A stretch of 33,814 nucleotides of DNA from Octopus bimaculoides (GCF_001194135.2 NC_068983.1:36556416-36590229); one strand, 5' to 3'; numbered from the stretch's first letter, positions 1-11,530 are shown. Numbers and translations are program-made. The notes: a model not told the origin generated them from the letters alone.

Positions 1-346
1 CGGGTGGCACATGAGATGCACCATTTTGAGCGTGGCCGTTGCCAGTACCGCCTGACTGGCTCCTGTAGGATTTTCGAGCGAGATCGTTGCCAGTGCCCCT
101 CGACTGGCTTGTGCGGGTGGCACATAAAAGACACCATTTCGAGCGTGGCCGTTTTCGTGCGGGTGACACGTAAAAGCACCCACTACACTCTCTGAGTGGT
201 TGGCGTTAGGAAGGGCATCCAGCTGTAGAAACTCTGCCAAATCAGACTGGAGCCTGGTGTTGCCATCCGGTTTCACCAGTCCTCAGTCAAATCGTCCAAC
301 CCATGCTAGCATGGAAAGCGGACGTTAAACGATGATGATGATGATC
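1..346 (+). mobile_element. 3'UTR fragment of RTE-clade LINE (family A): tandem units, ggttggcgttaggaagggcatccagc core, (GAT)n tail
   Basis: Same 3' sequence as the copy at 12923-13617, which is joined to an ORF2 C-terminus. Ends ggacgttaaacgatgatgatgatgat. Confidence 0.8.
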
Positions 347-471
347 ACTCTCATAATGCAACACTGTAAAATTTAATTCAAATTGAAAAGAGTTAAACTA
401 TTTTCACTTTCTAATGAAACCTGATCATTGTTGAGCAGTGTCTTTCAAATAACTAAAGCTGGCTGTAGAGA

Positions 472-840
472 TCATCATCATCGTTTAATGTCCACTTTCC
501 ATGCTGGCATGGGTTGGACGATTTGACTGAGGACTGGCGAACCAGATGGCTGTACCAGGCTCCAATCTGATCTGGCAGAGTTTCTACAGCTGAATGCCCT
601 TCCTAACGCCAACCACTCCGAGAGTTGTAGTGGGTGCTTTTATGTGCCAGTCAGGTGGTACTGGCAACGGCCATGCTCAAATGGTGTATTTTACGTGCCA
701 CCTGCACAGAAGCCAGTCCAGCGGCACTGGCAACGACCTCGCTCGAATATTTTTTCACATGCCACTGGCACAAGTGCCAGTAAGGTGACGCTGGTAACGT
801 TCACGCTTGAATGGTGCTTTTTACATGCCACCGGCGGTGT
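472..840 (-). mobile_element. Family A RTE 3'UTR fragment, tail-to-tail with 1-346
   Basis: Starts atcatcatcatcgtttaatgtccactttccatgc, the reverse complement of the family A tail. Contains ggatgcccttcctaacgccaacc-like core. Confidence 0.8.
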
Positions 841-2315
841 AGGACAACCATTTAATTTTAAAATATATAGGTTACCTTTTCATCAGAGAACAAACTAAAA
901 GTGTTAAAATGTATAGCAAACAAAACAAGGATTTGATTAAAATCAAAGCAAAGCTGCAAGTTTAGAAAAATATATTAAAACTCTTTATACCTTAATGTTG
1001 GCATCAAATAGGAAAAAGAAAATATATAGTAGTTGGTTATTGAAAAATAAATCAATTTTATAAGATATAGAGGAAAATAATGCAAGCTTAGGTTATAAAG
1101 GAAGACATATGAATAATAATATTTTCTTGGTTCAGAGGATATTGCTACTGTTGAGTCACCTAGGCAGGTCTACAACTTAGCAATTGAATTTTAACAATAA
1201 CAATAACCAGTGGTGCACTGACTAGGTTGCCAGCTTGCCTGATGGCATGTGGGTCCCTACACCATTCAAATTCATATATGGGGGCCCATGTTAGTATCTA
1301 AAGGGCCTATCCTCTCAAGTCTGAGAATTATTTTTTATTCACTCCTAGAAGAATGCATTAATTATTTCAGCCTGGCTGTGTTTGTAGACAGTTTAAAAGA
1401 ATACTTTTAACAAAAAAAAAAAAAAAATTAATTGATAGCATTGTAGTTGTGGGTAGGCCCCCTTAGTCTCCTGGCAACCAATATTTTTTATAGATATTTC
1501 AAAATTATGATGCTATGATACTAGGTGTTTCCATTATTTTGTCCAACCCCCTGTATATATAACAGATTTTCATAGAAGAAATTGAAGAGTTACAATGAAC
1601 GTTCACCAGTAAAATAACTTTGGTGAAAATCTGTATTTCTCCTCTCTTGAATACTGAAGAGAGAGAGATATACTATCATATATGTATGAAAAATACTGGA
1701 GGGGCATGTTCCAAACTTCAGCATTAGGGAGAATTTTAATAAATGGACTGGTAGATACTGTCAGCTTCCAGATATACCACCTTTGAAATCATGATCAAAA
1801 ACACAGTTTTGTACCAGTCTGATACTTAGAGGTCCTCAACTGTTTAACTGCCTACTTAGTAGAAATCTGTAGTATAAAACCTCTACTGAAGTATAAAACC
1901 TCTACTGAAACGTTAAAAAAATTGTGAACTTCTAATGACGATACCAGACCAGTCAAGTATTCAAGGATACATCCTAGGAAGATCAGCTGCTACAGACTTA
2001 ATCATAGACCAACTTCCAGCCATAAAGTGACAACAAAACTGACAGAAAATAAATTAAGGCAGTGCTCCAGCATGACTGCAGTCCTACAATTGAAACTATT
2101 AAAAGAATAAAAGAAAAAAGGGGTCTGATTAGAATCACTAAATCAACCAATAAAATATATTTAAAAGAAGACTGTACTAAACACACAATGACACAAATTC
2201 AAACAGATTTGAATTTGGAAAAGATTTTTAAAAATTTGTTTTTTGCTCTCACAAATACGATAAAATTTTCAAATAATTTAAGAAAGCAAAAATGTCAATC
2301 ATAAAACAGTAAGAC

Positions 2316-2741
2316 CAGCGCTGGATTAACCATTAAGCAAAATAGGCACATGCTTAGGGCATCAAGGGATGGTGGGGGCACCACAGAAATGGTAAATGGT
2401 ATACGGCACAAAAGAAATCACTTTAAACTTACTAAAATAATATTCGGGATGCCTTTATCTCTACTAAGTATAGATGCAGATGTGTTGCCTAAGATTAATT
2501 TTGAGGATCTGATCAAAGACTTTGCAATTCCAAAAAGTAGGAGGAAACTTTTCAAATATAAATAAAGTGGAAGTATACAAAAATAAACATTATTTTCCCT
2601 CTTATTGTTTTGTTTCGTTTTGAAAAATAAAAATTTATTTTATGGTTTGTTATTGTTTATATTTTGAATTACATAATCTTTTATGGGGGCAACAAAATAT
2701 TTTAAGTGCTTAGGGCCTTAATGGGTTTTAATCCGGCCCTG
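2316..2741 (+). mobile_element. Non-autonomous hAT (Tip100/MER45-like TIR) deletion derivative with transposase C-terminal remnant
   Basis: Imperfect TIRs cagcgctggattaa...ttaatccggccctg. 8-bp TSD agtaagac (2308-2315)/ggtaagac (2742-2749). Internal frame LSLLSIDADVLPKINFEDLIKDFAIPKSRRKLF resembles the end of a hAT dimerisation domain. Confidence 0.85.
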
Positions 2742-2806
2742 GGTAAGACAGAAACTCGATGCATTTTAAACAGATATAACTTTGTCATAATTCTTTCACA
2801 TGGGAA

Positions 2807-2848
<42 letters not shown>

Positions 2849-3384
2849 CCCTTTAAAAAGCAAAAGCTTCTCTAAAATGTAAATAAACCTACTTTATGAA
2901 CTGCTTTCAGAAAATCATTAAACAAAGGTTCTAAAAAGATTTTATAAATAGTGTTGTCTGTTTTTTGTTTTTAGCAAATTACAAAACATGGAACTTTTCT
3001 AAATGTTAGGTGAAAGGAAATGGCTCAATATTTGTTTGGATAACATTTTGAATGCTTGTCTTAATTTAACTACCCANNNNNNNNNNNNNNNNNNNNNNNN
3101 NNNNNNNNNNNNNNNNNNNNNNNNNNNNNNNNNNNNNNNNNNNNNNNNNNNNNNNNNNNNNNNNNNNNNNNNNNNNNNNNNNNNNNNNNNNNNNNNNNNN
3201 NNNNNNNNNNNNNNNNNNNNNNNNNNNNNNNNNNNNNNNNNNNNNNNNNNNNNNNNNNNNNNNNNNNNNNNNNNNNNNNNNNNNNNNNNNNNNNNNNNNN
3301 NNNNNNNNNNNNNNNNNNNNNNNNNNNNNNNNNNNNNNNNNNNNNNNNNNNNNNNNNNNNNNNNNNNNNNNNNNNNNNNNNNNN

Positions 3385-3462
<78 letters not shown>
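3385..3462. repeat. (AG)n microsatellite abutting gap 3077-3384
   Basis: Direct sequence. Confidence 0.95.
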
Positions 3463-3465
<3 letters not shown>

Positions 3466-3494
3466 TACTAGCATTCAGTTGGTATTTATAGTCT

Positions 3495-3616
3495 GATAAG
3501 TAGACTGGAACAATGTGAAATGAGGTGATTCACTCAAGGAGATAATATGCCACCCAGTTCAGGAATTGAACCCACAGTTTTATGATTGTGTCCAGCACTT
3601 TAACCACTAGGCTACA
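3495..3616 (-). mobile_element. Degenerate tRNA-head/CORE-like SINE 5' fragment (family E)
   Basis: Similar to reverse complement of 22247-22400 and to 23750-23870 (aaccactaggctacat; actggaacaatgtgaaat). Confidence 0.6.
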
Positions 3617-4312
3617 TAATGTCACTGGTCAAGGTTTAAAGATGGCACTAAATTATTATCTCTATTAAGAGTATACTTAAGAGAAGTACAACAGGTGGTT
3701 ATTCAACATCTTAGAAGTAATTAGTTAATTAACTCTAATTAAGAAATTCCACAATAATTAAGCAATAATAATAAAATTGTTAAAGATTATTTCAAGGAGA
3801 TTATCGCATAAAAAATACAGTGAAATTAATCCTTTGTCAACCCTAAAGACACAAAAGAGTGATGCTTATAAATCCCTATCATTCCTTAACAGGATTCTCT
3901 TCTATTACAAAAGGAAGAATTGAAGTCAATATGGCAAATCCACAAAATACTTACAATAAGGTGGACTTAGGCACTATGTTAGACATAGTCACATACTCAT
4001 CAACAATAACTGTGTCAAATAAGGTATCTATTTAAAACAAGCTACTATGTTCGACCCAGCAAATTTTACCAGACATAGTATCTATTTAAAACAAGGTGGA
4101 CTTAGCCACAATGTTAGAGACACAATTTCAGAAAATTATAGCTCTCATGATATCTAAACAGTTCACTTGATCTGCTAGAAATAGTAACTAAATTTATATC
4201 AGATCATATCGTACTGAAGAAATACTATTTAATGTAATCCTAGATATTAGGCGTTCCTGAATAACAGTTCTGCTTAATTAAAGAATAATCTTACTAAACA
4301 AGGTAAACTCAC

Positions 4313-4471
4313 CCACTATATTGAACACAAACACACACTGCAAATATTTGATTGGTCTCTTGTATATACATCATTTGAGTACAATATCTACACAAACACT
4401 GCTTCCTAGATGGTTCATCACTGAATGCTAGACTACAATATGGTTCCCAGGTAGGCAGAGACAAAGGATAA
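4313..4471 (-). CDS. Candidate internal coding exon (159 nt, phase 2-2): YPLSLPTWEPYCSLAFSDEPSRKQCLCRYCTQMMYIQETNQIFAVCVCVQYS; protein not recognised
   Basis: Acceptor ttgtttcag| and consensus donor |gtgagt. Length divisible by 3. Only one of three minus frames is open. No obvious repeat match. Confidence 0.4.
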
Positions 4472-4658
4472 CTGAAACAATGGACTTGTGAGATGGAACT
4501 ACTTGTGTGCCTTAAGTCCACGTGATCTGGACTAATATGGGTCTACACAACAAAATCAATTTAATTGTAGGGCCTCCAATGGTCAATGTCAACTATGTAT
4601 CTGCACATGTATGTGTAGGCCTGACCAAAATTTTTTGAGGGAGACTAGCAGTTGCCCA

Positions 4659-4863
4659 TACTCTTTTACTTGTTTCAGTCATTTGACTGTGGCCATGCTG
4701 GAGCACCGCCTTTAGTTGAGCAAATCGACCCCAGGACTTATTCTTTGAAAGCCTAATACTTATTTCTATCGGTCTCTTTTTGCCGAACCGCTAAGTTACT
4801 GGGACGTAAACACACCAGCATCGGTTGTCAAGCGATGGTGGGGGGACAAACACAGACACACAA

Positions 4864-4911
<48 letters not shown>

Positions 4912-5074
4912 TTGATGGGCTTCTTTCAGTTTCCGTCTACCAAATCCACTCATAAGGCTTTGGTCAGCCCAAGGCTATAGTAGAAGACACTTGTCCAAGG
5001 TGCCACGCAGTGGGACTGAACGAGGAACCATGTGGTTGGTAAGCAAGCTACTTACCACACAGCCACTCCTGCGC
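4659..5074 (-). mobile_element. tRNA-derived SINE family C, 3' module C1, near full length with internal (TA)n
   Basis: Reverse-complement homologue of 5306-5805: A/B-box-like head, caccttgggcaagtgtcttc-like segment, microsatellite, tail actgaaacaagtaaaaga. Confidence 0.85.
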
Positions 5075-5305
5075 CATATAAAAATTTCCCATGTATAAAA
5101 ATTTCCCCTCTCCACACCACTGATGTTCATCGAAGGAAAAGGTCACCAACGTCAGCTGATAAAATTTGGCACCAGTGTTGATGTGGGCATTGCTGTCAGA
5201 ATGCAAGTAACTGGAATAAACACTGCAAGACATCTTGTCCAATCCTGTTATAGTTCCAGCAATTCACTGTCCTGGATAGGTACTATTTTTATTGACAATG
5301 AAAAT

Positions 5306-5805
5306 AGGAGTGGCCGTGTGGTAAGTAGCTTGCTAACGAACCACATGGTTCTGGGTTCAGTCCCACTGCATGGCACCTTGGGAAAGTGTCTTCTACTATA
5401 GTCTCGGGCCAACCAAAGCTTTGTGAGTGGATTTGGTAGACGGAAACTGAAAGAAGCCCGTCGTATATATATATATATATATNNNNNNNNNNNNNNNNNN
5501 NNNNNNNNNNNNNNNNNNNNNNNNNNNNNNNNNNNNNNNNNNNNNNNNNNNNNNNNNNNNNNNNNNNNNNNNGTGTGTGTGTGTGTGTGTGCGTATATGT
5601 TTGTCTGTCCGTATTTGTCCCCCCAACATCGCTTGACAACCGATGCTGGTGTGTTTACGTCCCCATAACTTAGCGGTTCGGTAAAAGAGACCGATAGAAT
5701 AAGTACTAGGCTTACAAAGAATAAGTCCTGGGGTCGATTTGCTCGACTAAAGGCGGTGCTCCAGCATGGCCACAGTCAAATAACTGAAACAGGTAAAAGA
5801 ATGAA
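5306..5805 (+). mobile_element. tRNA-derived SINE family C1 with central (TA)n/(TG)n and gap 5483-5572
   Basis: A-box-like tggccgtgtggtaa and B-box-like ggttcagtccc. Many related copies in the window. Confidence 0.85.
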
Positions 5806-6444
5806 ATGAAAGGATGAAAGACAAAGTTGACCTTAGCAGGATTTGAACTAAGCATGGAGCAAGTCAGAACAAATACCTCAAAACTTTCTATCCAACACTG
5901 TAACACTTTTGCCAAGTAACCACATTAAGACAATTGGATTTGTTGGTCATCTATATAATCCTGCTAATATAGGCCATCTGTGTTCTCTATAACAACAAAA
6001 GACTAGTAAAGCAGCAACAGACAAGAACAAATATACACTAATACACACACACACGGCACAGTTTTCCATAATATACTTCTAAAAAAATAATAAGACTGTA
6101 TTATATATAACACATTATTATCATGTTTGACAGTGTTATATCATTTAACAATAATCTATACAGTATGGTATAATAAGATACCCTATAAATGGTGCAAAGT
6201 GGATAAAGTAACTGATCTGGATTGAATAAAGTATCACAGATAATATTATACTAAGAAGCATTCTGCTGTTTTTCCACAAAAAAACACTTATATCTATTTA
6301 TTTTAGTTGACTGGGATGGTGAAATAGTAAACATGACGATGGGAAAAGTTACCGCAACACACTATTAACCTAGAAGAGATTTCTCACTACTATTTTTAAT
6401 ATGGTAGAACTGAAGGTAGAGCAATGACCTCATAAAACAATATA

Positions 6445-6655
6445 TTTTAAGAAAGAGCCTCTATGTGGTTGCTTGACCTACTAAAAATAGCAGCCAATGG
6501 TCCCTCAAATCATACCTCACCGTCATTTAAAAGGAAGAGCACATTGAAGAATTTAGTTCTTGACACAGAAAATGATGGGACTACTATGGCTGAATCACCT
6601 TTCATTATAGGTCTGCAGGAACAAGGCTGACACGAGACTAAAGAACAATATAGTT
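6445..6655 (+). repeat. Interspersed repeat family G (ctagaaatagcagccaaa...ccctcaaatca motif)
   Basis: Related segments at ~4160-4245 (+), ~17670-17780 (+), ~26570-26670 (-). Tail related to ~18685-18730 (-). Confidence 0.6.
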
Positions 6656-7539
6656 TCATGTTAGAATTAATTCTAAACCACTCCAAAGAATTATTACCAG
6701 GAATCTTACTTTTATTGATCTCCCCCTTTGTCACAGGGGGTATCCAAAGGGCGTGGGTAGACTGCTTTCTTCCAGACCAAAACAATGAAAGAAAAACTGG
6801 ACAGCTTAATTGGATATGAAACAGTAAAGTTTCTTATGTTGTCACTCATAGTTATACAAGATACTCAGCCATAAACTAGCCATAAATTAGCCACAGGAAG
6901 GAACAATGTATTGAACAATAAAGCAGAAGAACAGCAAAATTAACAAATATTTCACTAACTTGCAATGTTCAATAACAACAACTGCTGACACGGTGGACTA
7001 CATTTTTGTTTTGTTTTATGGTTTGGTGTAATTTGAGACAAATTTGGCTGCTATTATTAGCAATGTCTTGGGCAATATTCTGATTTGTTTAAGAGCAGAG
7101 ACTACAACAAATAATAAGATGCTGTGCAATTTATGCAAACATTGGGAAAATGGATATAAGATTTTTGATGATGATAGTGATGGTAGTGTTGTGTGGGAGT
7201 AGAACACCCCTATTGATTGGTTCCTAATGGACTGTGCCACAATATAAATGGACATACGCAGAGAACCTTCAGAGAAGAGTAAAGCTGAGAGTTGTGTATT
7301 GTCAAGGGTTGTTACCAGTATCTTGAGTAGAATGATTTGCAAGGACATTATTATTATTCCGTTATATTGTACATCAAATGTGCGACACAACAGGTAGAAT
7401 GAGCTTCCTCACAGTTCCTGTTCGATTCACATAGTATTGATGGACTCAAAACTACAGTCGAAGATATTTACTCAAAGTGCCACTCAGTGTAAATGTGACA
7501 AAACCCAGATCCTCAACACTGGGAAGCTAACTTCCTAAT

Positions 7540-7690
7540 GACATATTTTAAAGGTCTACCAAATCCTCTCACAAGGCTTTGGTCAGACTGAGGCTATAGT
7601 AGAAGACATTCACCCAAGGCGCCACACAGCGGGACTGAACCTGGAACCATGTGGTTGGGAAGCAAGCTTCTTACACACAGCCACGCCTGG
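7540..7690 (-). mobile_element. SINE family C head fragment
   Basis: gtagaagacattcacccaaggcgccacacagcgggactgaacctggaaccatgtgg matches family C reverse complement. Confidence 0.8.
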
Positions 7691-7964
7691 TCTTTTTTTT
7701 TTCCAAAAAAAAAAAAAAAGAAAAACAAAGAAAGAAACACAACCATCCTGAAATATAACAATATTCGGGTGAAATTCAAAGGATATTTGGCTGCTATTTC
7801 CAACATGCTGATTGACAACATAGCAAGTTTATTCAATTTAATAAATGTTTACTGAACAATTAGGAAAATGCTTATCAGTACAAGGGTAATCAATAGAAGA
7901 GTGTTCAAATTTTAAACTATGTCCAAAAATAAATATTTTATCTTTTATATTTTTCTTTTTCATA

Positions 7965-8158
7965 AGACTGAGGCCATACTGGGGCACTACCTTGAAAAAT
8001 TTTAGTCAAACAAATTGACCTTAGTACTTATTTTTTAAAGCCTGGTACTTATCCTATCACTCTCATTTGCTGGATCGCTATGTTACAGGAGGATGTAAAC
8101 ACACCAACACCGGTTGTCAAGCAGTGGTGGGGGACAAACACAGACACAAAGATGTACG

Positions 8159-8203
<45 letters not shown>
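7965..8203 (-). mobile_element. SINE C1 3' module plus (CA)n(TA)n
   Basis: gtaaacacaccaacaccggttgtcaagcagtggtgggggacaaacacagacac. Confidence 0.75.
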
Positions 8204-8204
<1 letters not shown>

Positions 8205-8410
8205 GTTGAAATTTATAGAAAAACAAAAGATGAGGACAGATGTATGAACAACAAGCAATTGTATTAGCTTGACGCTTGGGAAAGTGAAAAAGTCTTTTAT
8301 GTTTCGAGCCTATGCACTTCAAAAGAAAGGACTAAGAGAAAATAAACAGAGAGAAAGTGAAAAAAAAACTTATGGATTTAGCGGTCAAGCATGGTGACTA
8401 TATATATATC

Positions 8411-8606
8411 TTGTGCTGGTGGCATGTAAAAATCACCCACTACACTCTCGGAGTGGTTGACATTAGGAAGGACATCCAGCTGTAGAAATCTTGCCAGATT
8501 AGATTGGAGCTTGGTGCAGCCTTCTGGCTTGCCAGTCCTCAGTCAAACTGTCCAACCCATGCCAGCATGGAAAATAGACGTTAAACAACAATGGTGATGA
8601 TGATGA
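8411..8606 (+). mobile_element. Family A RTE 3' tail copy
   Basis: cacccactacactctcggagtggttgacattaggaaggacatccagctgtag...gatgatgatga. Confidence 0.8.
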
Positions 8607-8765
8607 CCAGGTTGTTTCAGTTTCCATCTATCAAATCCACTCACAAGGCTTTGGTCAACCCAAGGCTATAGTTGACGACAGCTGCCCAAGCTACCACACA
8701 GTGGGGTTGAACCTGGAACCATGCATTTGGGAAGCAAATTTCTTACTTCACAGCCACACCTGCAC
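8607..8765 (-). mobile_element. SINE family C head
   Basis: gtttcagtttccatctatcaaatccactcacaaggctttgg...cttcacagccacacctg. Confidence 0.75.
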
Positions 8766-8965
8766 CTATTTCCCAGAAAAACATAAACAAAAAAAAGCAC
8801 AAAGTGTCTCTTTGTGTATATAAAGTTCAAGAAATTTTCAATCCATATTGTCATGGGAAAACATCTTGCATTTTCATATTTTGAAAGAAATTGTAAAAGG
8901 TGAAAAATGTTTTAAAAATATAATTTTGTTTTGCATTAGTTCATTCATGCAATTCAGTATTTGGT

Positions 8966-9192
8966 ACACACACACACACACATGCACACCTATCTGTCTA
9001 TCCACACACACACACACACCTATTTGCCTGTCTACACACACACATGCACACCTATCTGTCTATCCACACACATACACCTATTTGTCTGTCTACACACACA
9101 CACACCTATCCGTCTATCCACACACAAATCTATTTCTCTGTCAACACACACACATGCACACCTATCTGTCTATCCACACACACACACACACA
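8966..9192. repeat. (CA)n-based minisatellite, units like cacacctatctgtctatccacacacac
   Basis: About 7 visible units of roughly 30-36 bp. Confidence 0.85.
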
Positions 9193-9341
9193 AGTATATA
9201 CAAAAAGAGAGAGAGACAAAAGAAGAAAGAAAAAAATGACTGCCTTTCAGTTTTGTGAAAGTATTCAGAGAATGTCTTTTAAGACATACTAAGAAATACA
9301 TATTGTGTGCGTGTGTGTGCACATGCATAATGGAAGTCTGT

Positions 9342-9885
9342 CAGGGTTCGACACTGATGTCAGTGACACCGGAGGTGGGAGCGGAGCCCAAAGGCGGATG
9401 CGCAGACGCGGCCACATGTTGGGCATGTAACAGCAGAAGTAGGATTGGGGATCCTCTCTTTTCAGGCTTGTCGCTTCTAGTCCAGGCTCTTGAAGCGCTT
9501 TTCATCGAATAGCCTAACACCCTTTTGGACAGCTGGACACCAGGTGCCACGGTCAGAGGCAAGAGATTCCCATCCACGGGTTGAAATTCCGCAGGCCTCA
9601 AGGGAAGTTTTCAGGCTGTCCTTGTATCGCCCCAGTGGCCTTCCAGGTGTTTCTTATTCCAGAAGCCAGCTCAGAGAAGATCATCTTTGGTAGACGCGCG
9701 TCGTCCATTCGGACTACATGTCCGACCCACCAAAGCTGGGCCTTCATGATGAGGGCTTCAATCCCGGGCATGTCAGCTCTGCAAAGCACTTCAGTATTGG
9801 AGACTCTGTCCCCCCAAGAAATTCCCATGATTCGTTGCAAGCAACAGAGGTGGAACTGGTTAAGTACTCGCATTTGCCTCCTGAA
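9342..9885 (-). mobile_element. 5'-truncated RTE/BovB-like LINE, ORF2 C-terminus, inactivated
   Basis: RRQMRVLNQFHLCCLQRIMGISWGDRVSNTEVLCRADMPGIEALIMKAQLWWVGHVVRMDDARLPKMIFSEL, frameshift near 9646, then GRPLGRYKDSLKTSL...D*KRQA*KERIP...TCPTCGRVCASAFGLRSHLRCH* (stop 9360-9362). Flanked by gaagtctgt at 9333-9341 and 9886-9894. Confidence 0.9.
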
Positions 9886-10889
9886 GAAGTCTGTAATTAT
9901 ACATACATGTATGAAGTAACAATGGTTGCTTCTTTTTTGACCCTGAAGAGCCAAATTTCTGCGAGCGAGCGAGCAAGCGAGTGTGTGTGTAAGTGTGCAT
10001 GTGTACACACAGGGAGTTTAGTTTGAAATCTCTGATTAGACACAGGAAGCAATTTAATGTTGTTAATGCCAGATGGAATGAGGTAAAATCATTCATGGGA
10101 GGTAGAGTATGATTGAACTTAAAAACAAAAGAGTACTGAAGTCTGACTGCTGTAAGGCATCTAGACCAGCTCTCTTCTCTGAGGTCATTCTTCAATATTG
10201 AAACAATAATAGCAATGATTAAATGGCTTATCCATCCACATTTTAATCCCTCTATCTCTCATCTATCACAAGAGATGGTATTGAATTTGTCTTTATGGTA
10301 CCCCTTACCATTACATTTTGTTACTGCCAGCCATTACTCTTTCCCTCTGTTCCATGTTGCTCTTCATTGACATCAACTAATTTCATCATTTCTCATCCTT
10401 ATTTCTAGCTATTACTCACTCAATCACCCATTGTTATCTGATCAGATCACTTGTGCCGTTTCTTTATTCAACCTCCTTACCAACAACCAGCATGCAGCAT
10501 TCTCTCTTCCATTACTCCCTCCCTACCATCTGCCAACTCTTAATTTACCATTATTGATTTAGGTGGACTGTTGGTGTAATGAAGTGAAATCCTCATTTCA
10601 GGGATAGATATTGAAGTTATCGAAGGAGATTTGTCTAAACAAATCAAAGAAATAAGTCTTTTCTTTCTTTTACTTTCTTTTTTTTCTTCTCTTTTTTAGC
10701 TAAACTGAAATTTCAGCAAATGTTCTTTGAGTTTGGTGGAGAAAGTTACTTGTGCCAAAAATAGACTCGGAAAGACCAAGGAAAGAATTTATTGAGCTTG
10801 ATAGGTCTCTTGCAGAAGAGATGAAATGAAGGATGTAGGGACAGATGCTCTACAGCAGACCAAGCCATTTCAAAGCAATATAGAGGGAA

Positions 10890-11180
10890 AAAATGATGAC
10901 CATGACAACAATGATGGCAACAAATGACAATGATGATGATGATCATCATCATCCCTATAATGGCAATGATAATGTGCTGGTAAGAATAATAATGATGCTG
11001 ATAATGGTAAAATTGTATGGTGATAGTGATGATGGTGATGATGAGGATACTTGATGAAGGTAATGACAATGATAGTTATGATGATGATAGTAATAATGCA
11101 GATGTTAATGAAGATGATGAAAATGATGATGATGATGTTGATGAAAATGCCAACAATGATAACGATGGTAGAAAATGACA
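10890..11180. repeat. Degenerate (GAT/ATG)n low-complexity tract
   Basis: Direct sequence; source of the Met/Ile/His-rich pseudo-ORFs. Confidence 0.9.
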
Positions 11181-11530
11181 ACGCATTTATACTTAAAAAT
11201 AACAATCTTAAATACTCAAGATGGGTCTTTATGATGTTCTTCCCTTTCTTTTTAACATAACACTTTATTGCCATAGAGTGAGTGTTAGGTTAGAATCGTA
11301 TTCTTCAGCATAAATATCATGTAAAGATCAGCTGGGAATGGATTGTCATAGAAGCATTGAAATGTAATAAGAGAACTTAGGAAAAGTAGAAAACCAGGAC
11401 ATGATATAAATAAAGAAAGAATGTGCACATTTAATTCTATTGTATAGGTAGTCTTTGATAAAATGATGCAAAACACGAGAAGAATGAAACCTTAAAGAGC
11501 ACACAAATAAAAATTAATGAACAATGAATT

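Noticed and set aside
1208-1480. Possible MITE (ggttgccag/ctggcaacc inverted 9-mer)
   Set aside because: Could not define termini or a TSD.
1871-1908. 19-bp perfect tandem duplication
   Set aside because: Ordinary slippage duplication.
6510-6785. 91-aa minus ORF with an apparent donor near 6516
   Set aside because: About half overlaps repeat family G (6445-6655). The donor-like catacctcac lies inside the repeat motif, which recurs elsewhere in the window.
8848-9292. His/Thr-rich ORFs
   Set aside because: Translation of a (CA)n-based minisatellite.
10746-11274. Met-, Ile- and His-rich ORFs
   Set aside because: Degenerate (GAT)n tract. The adjacent 10750-10850 segment has a possible donor but no recognisable peptide.
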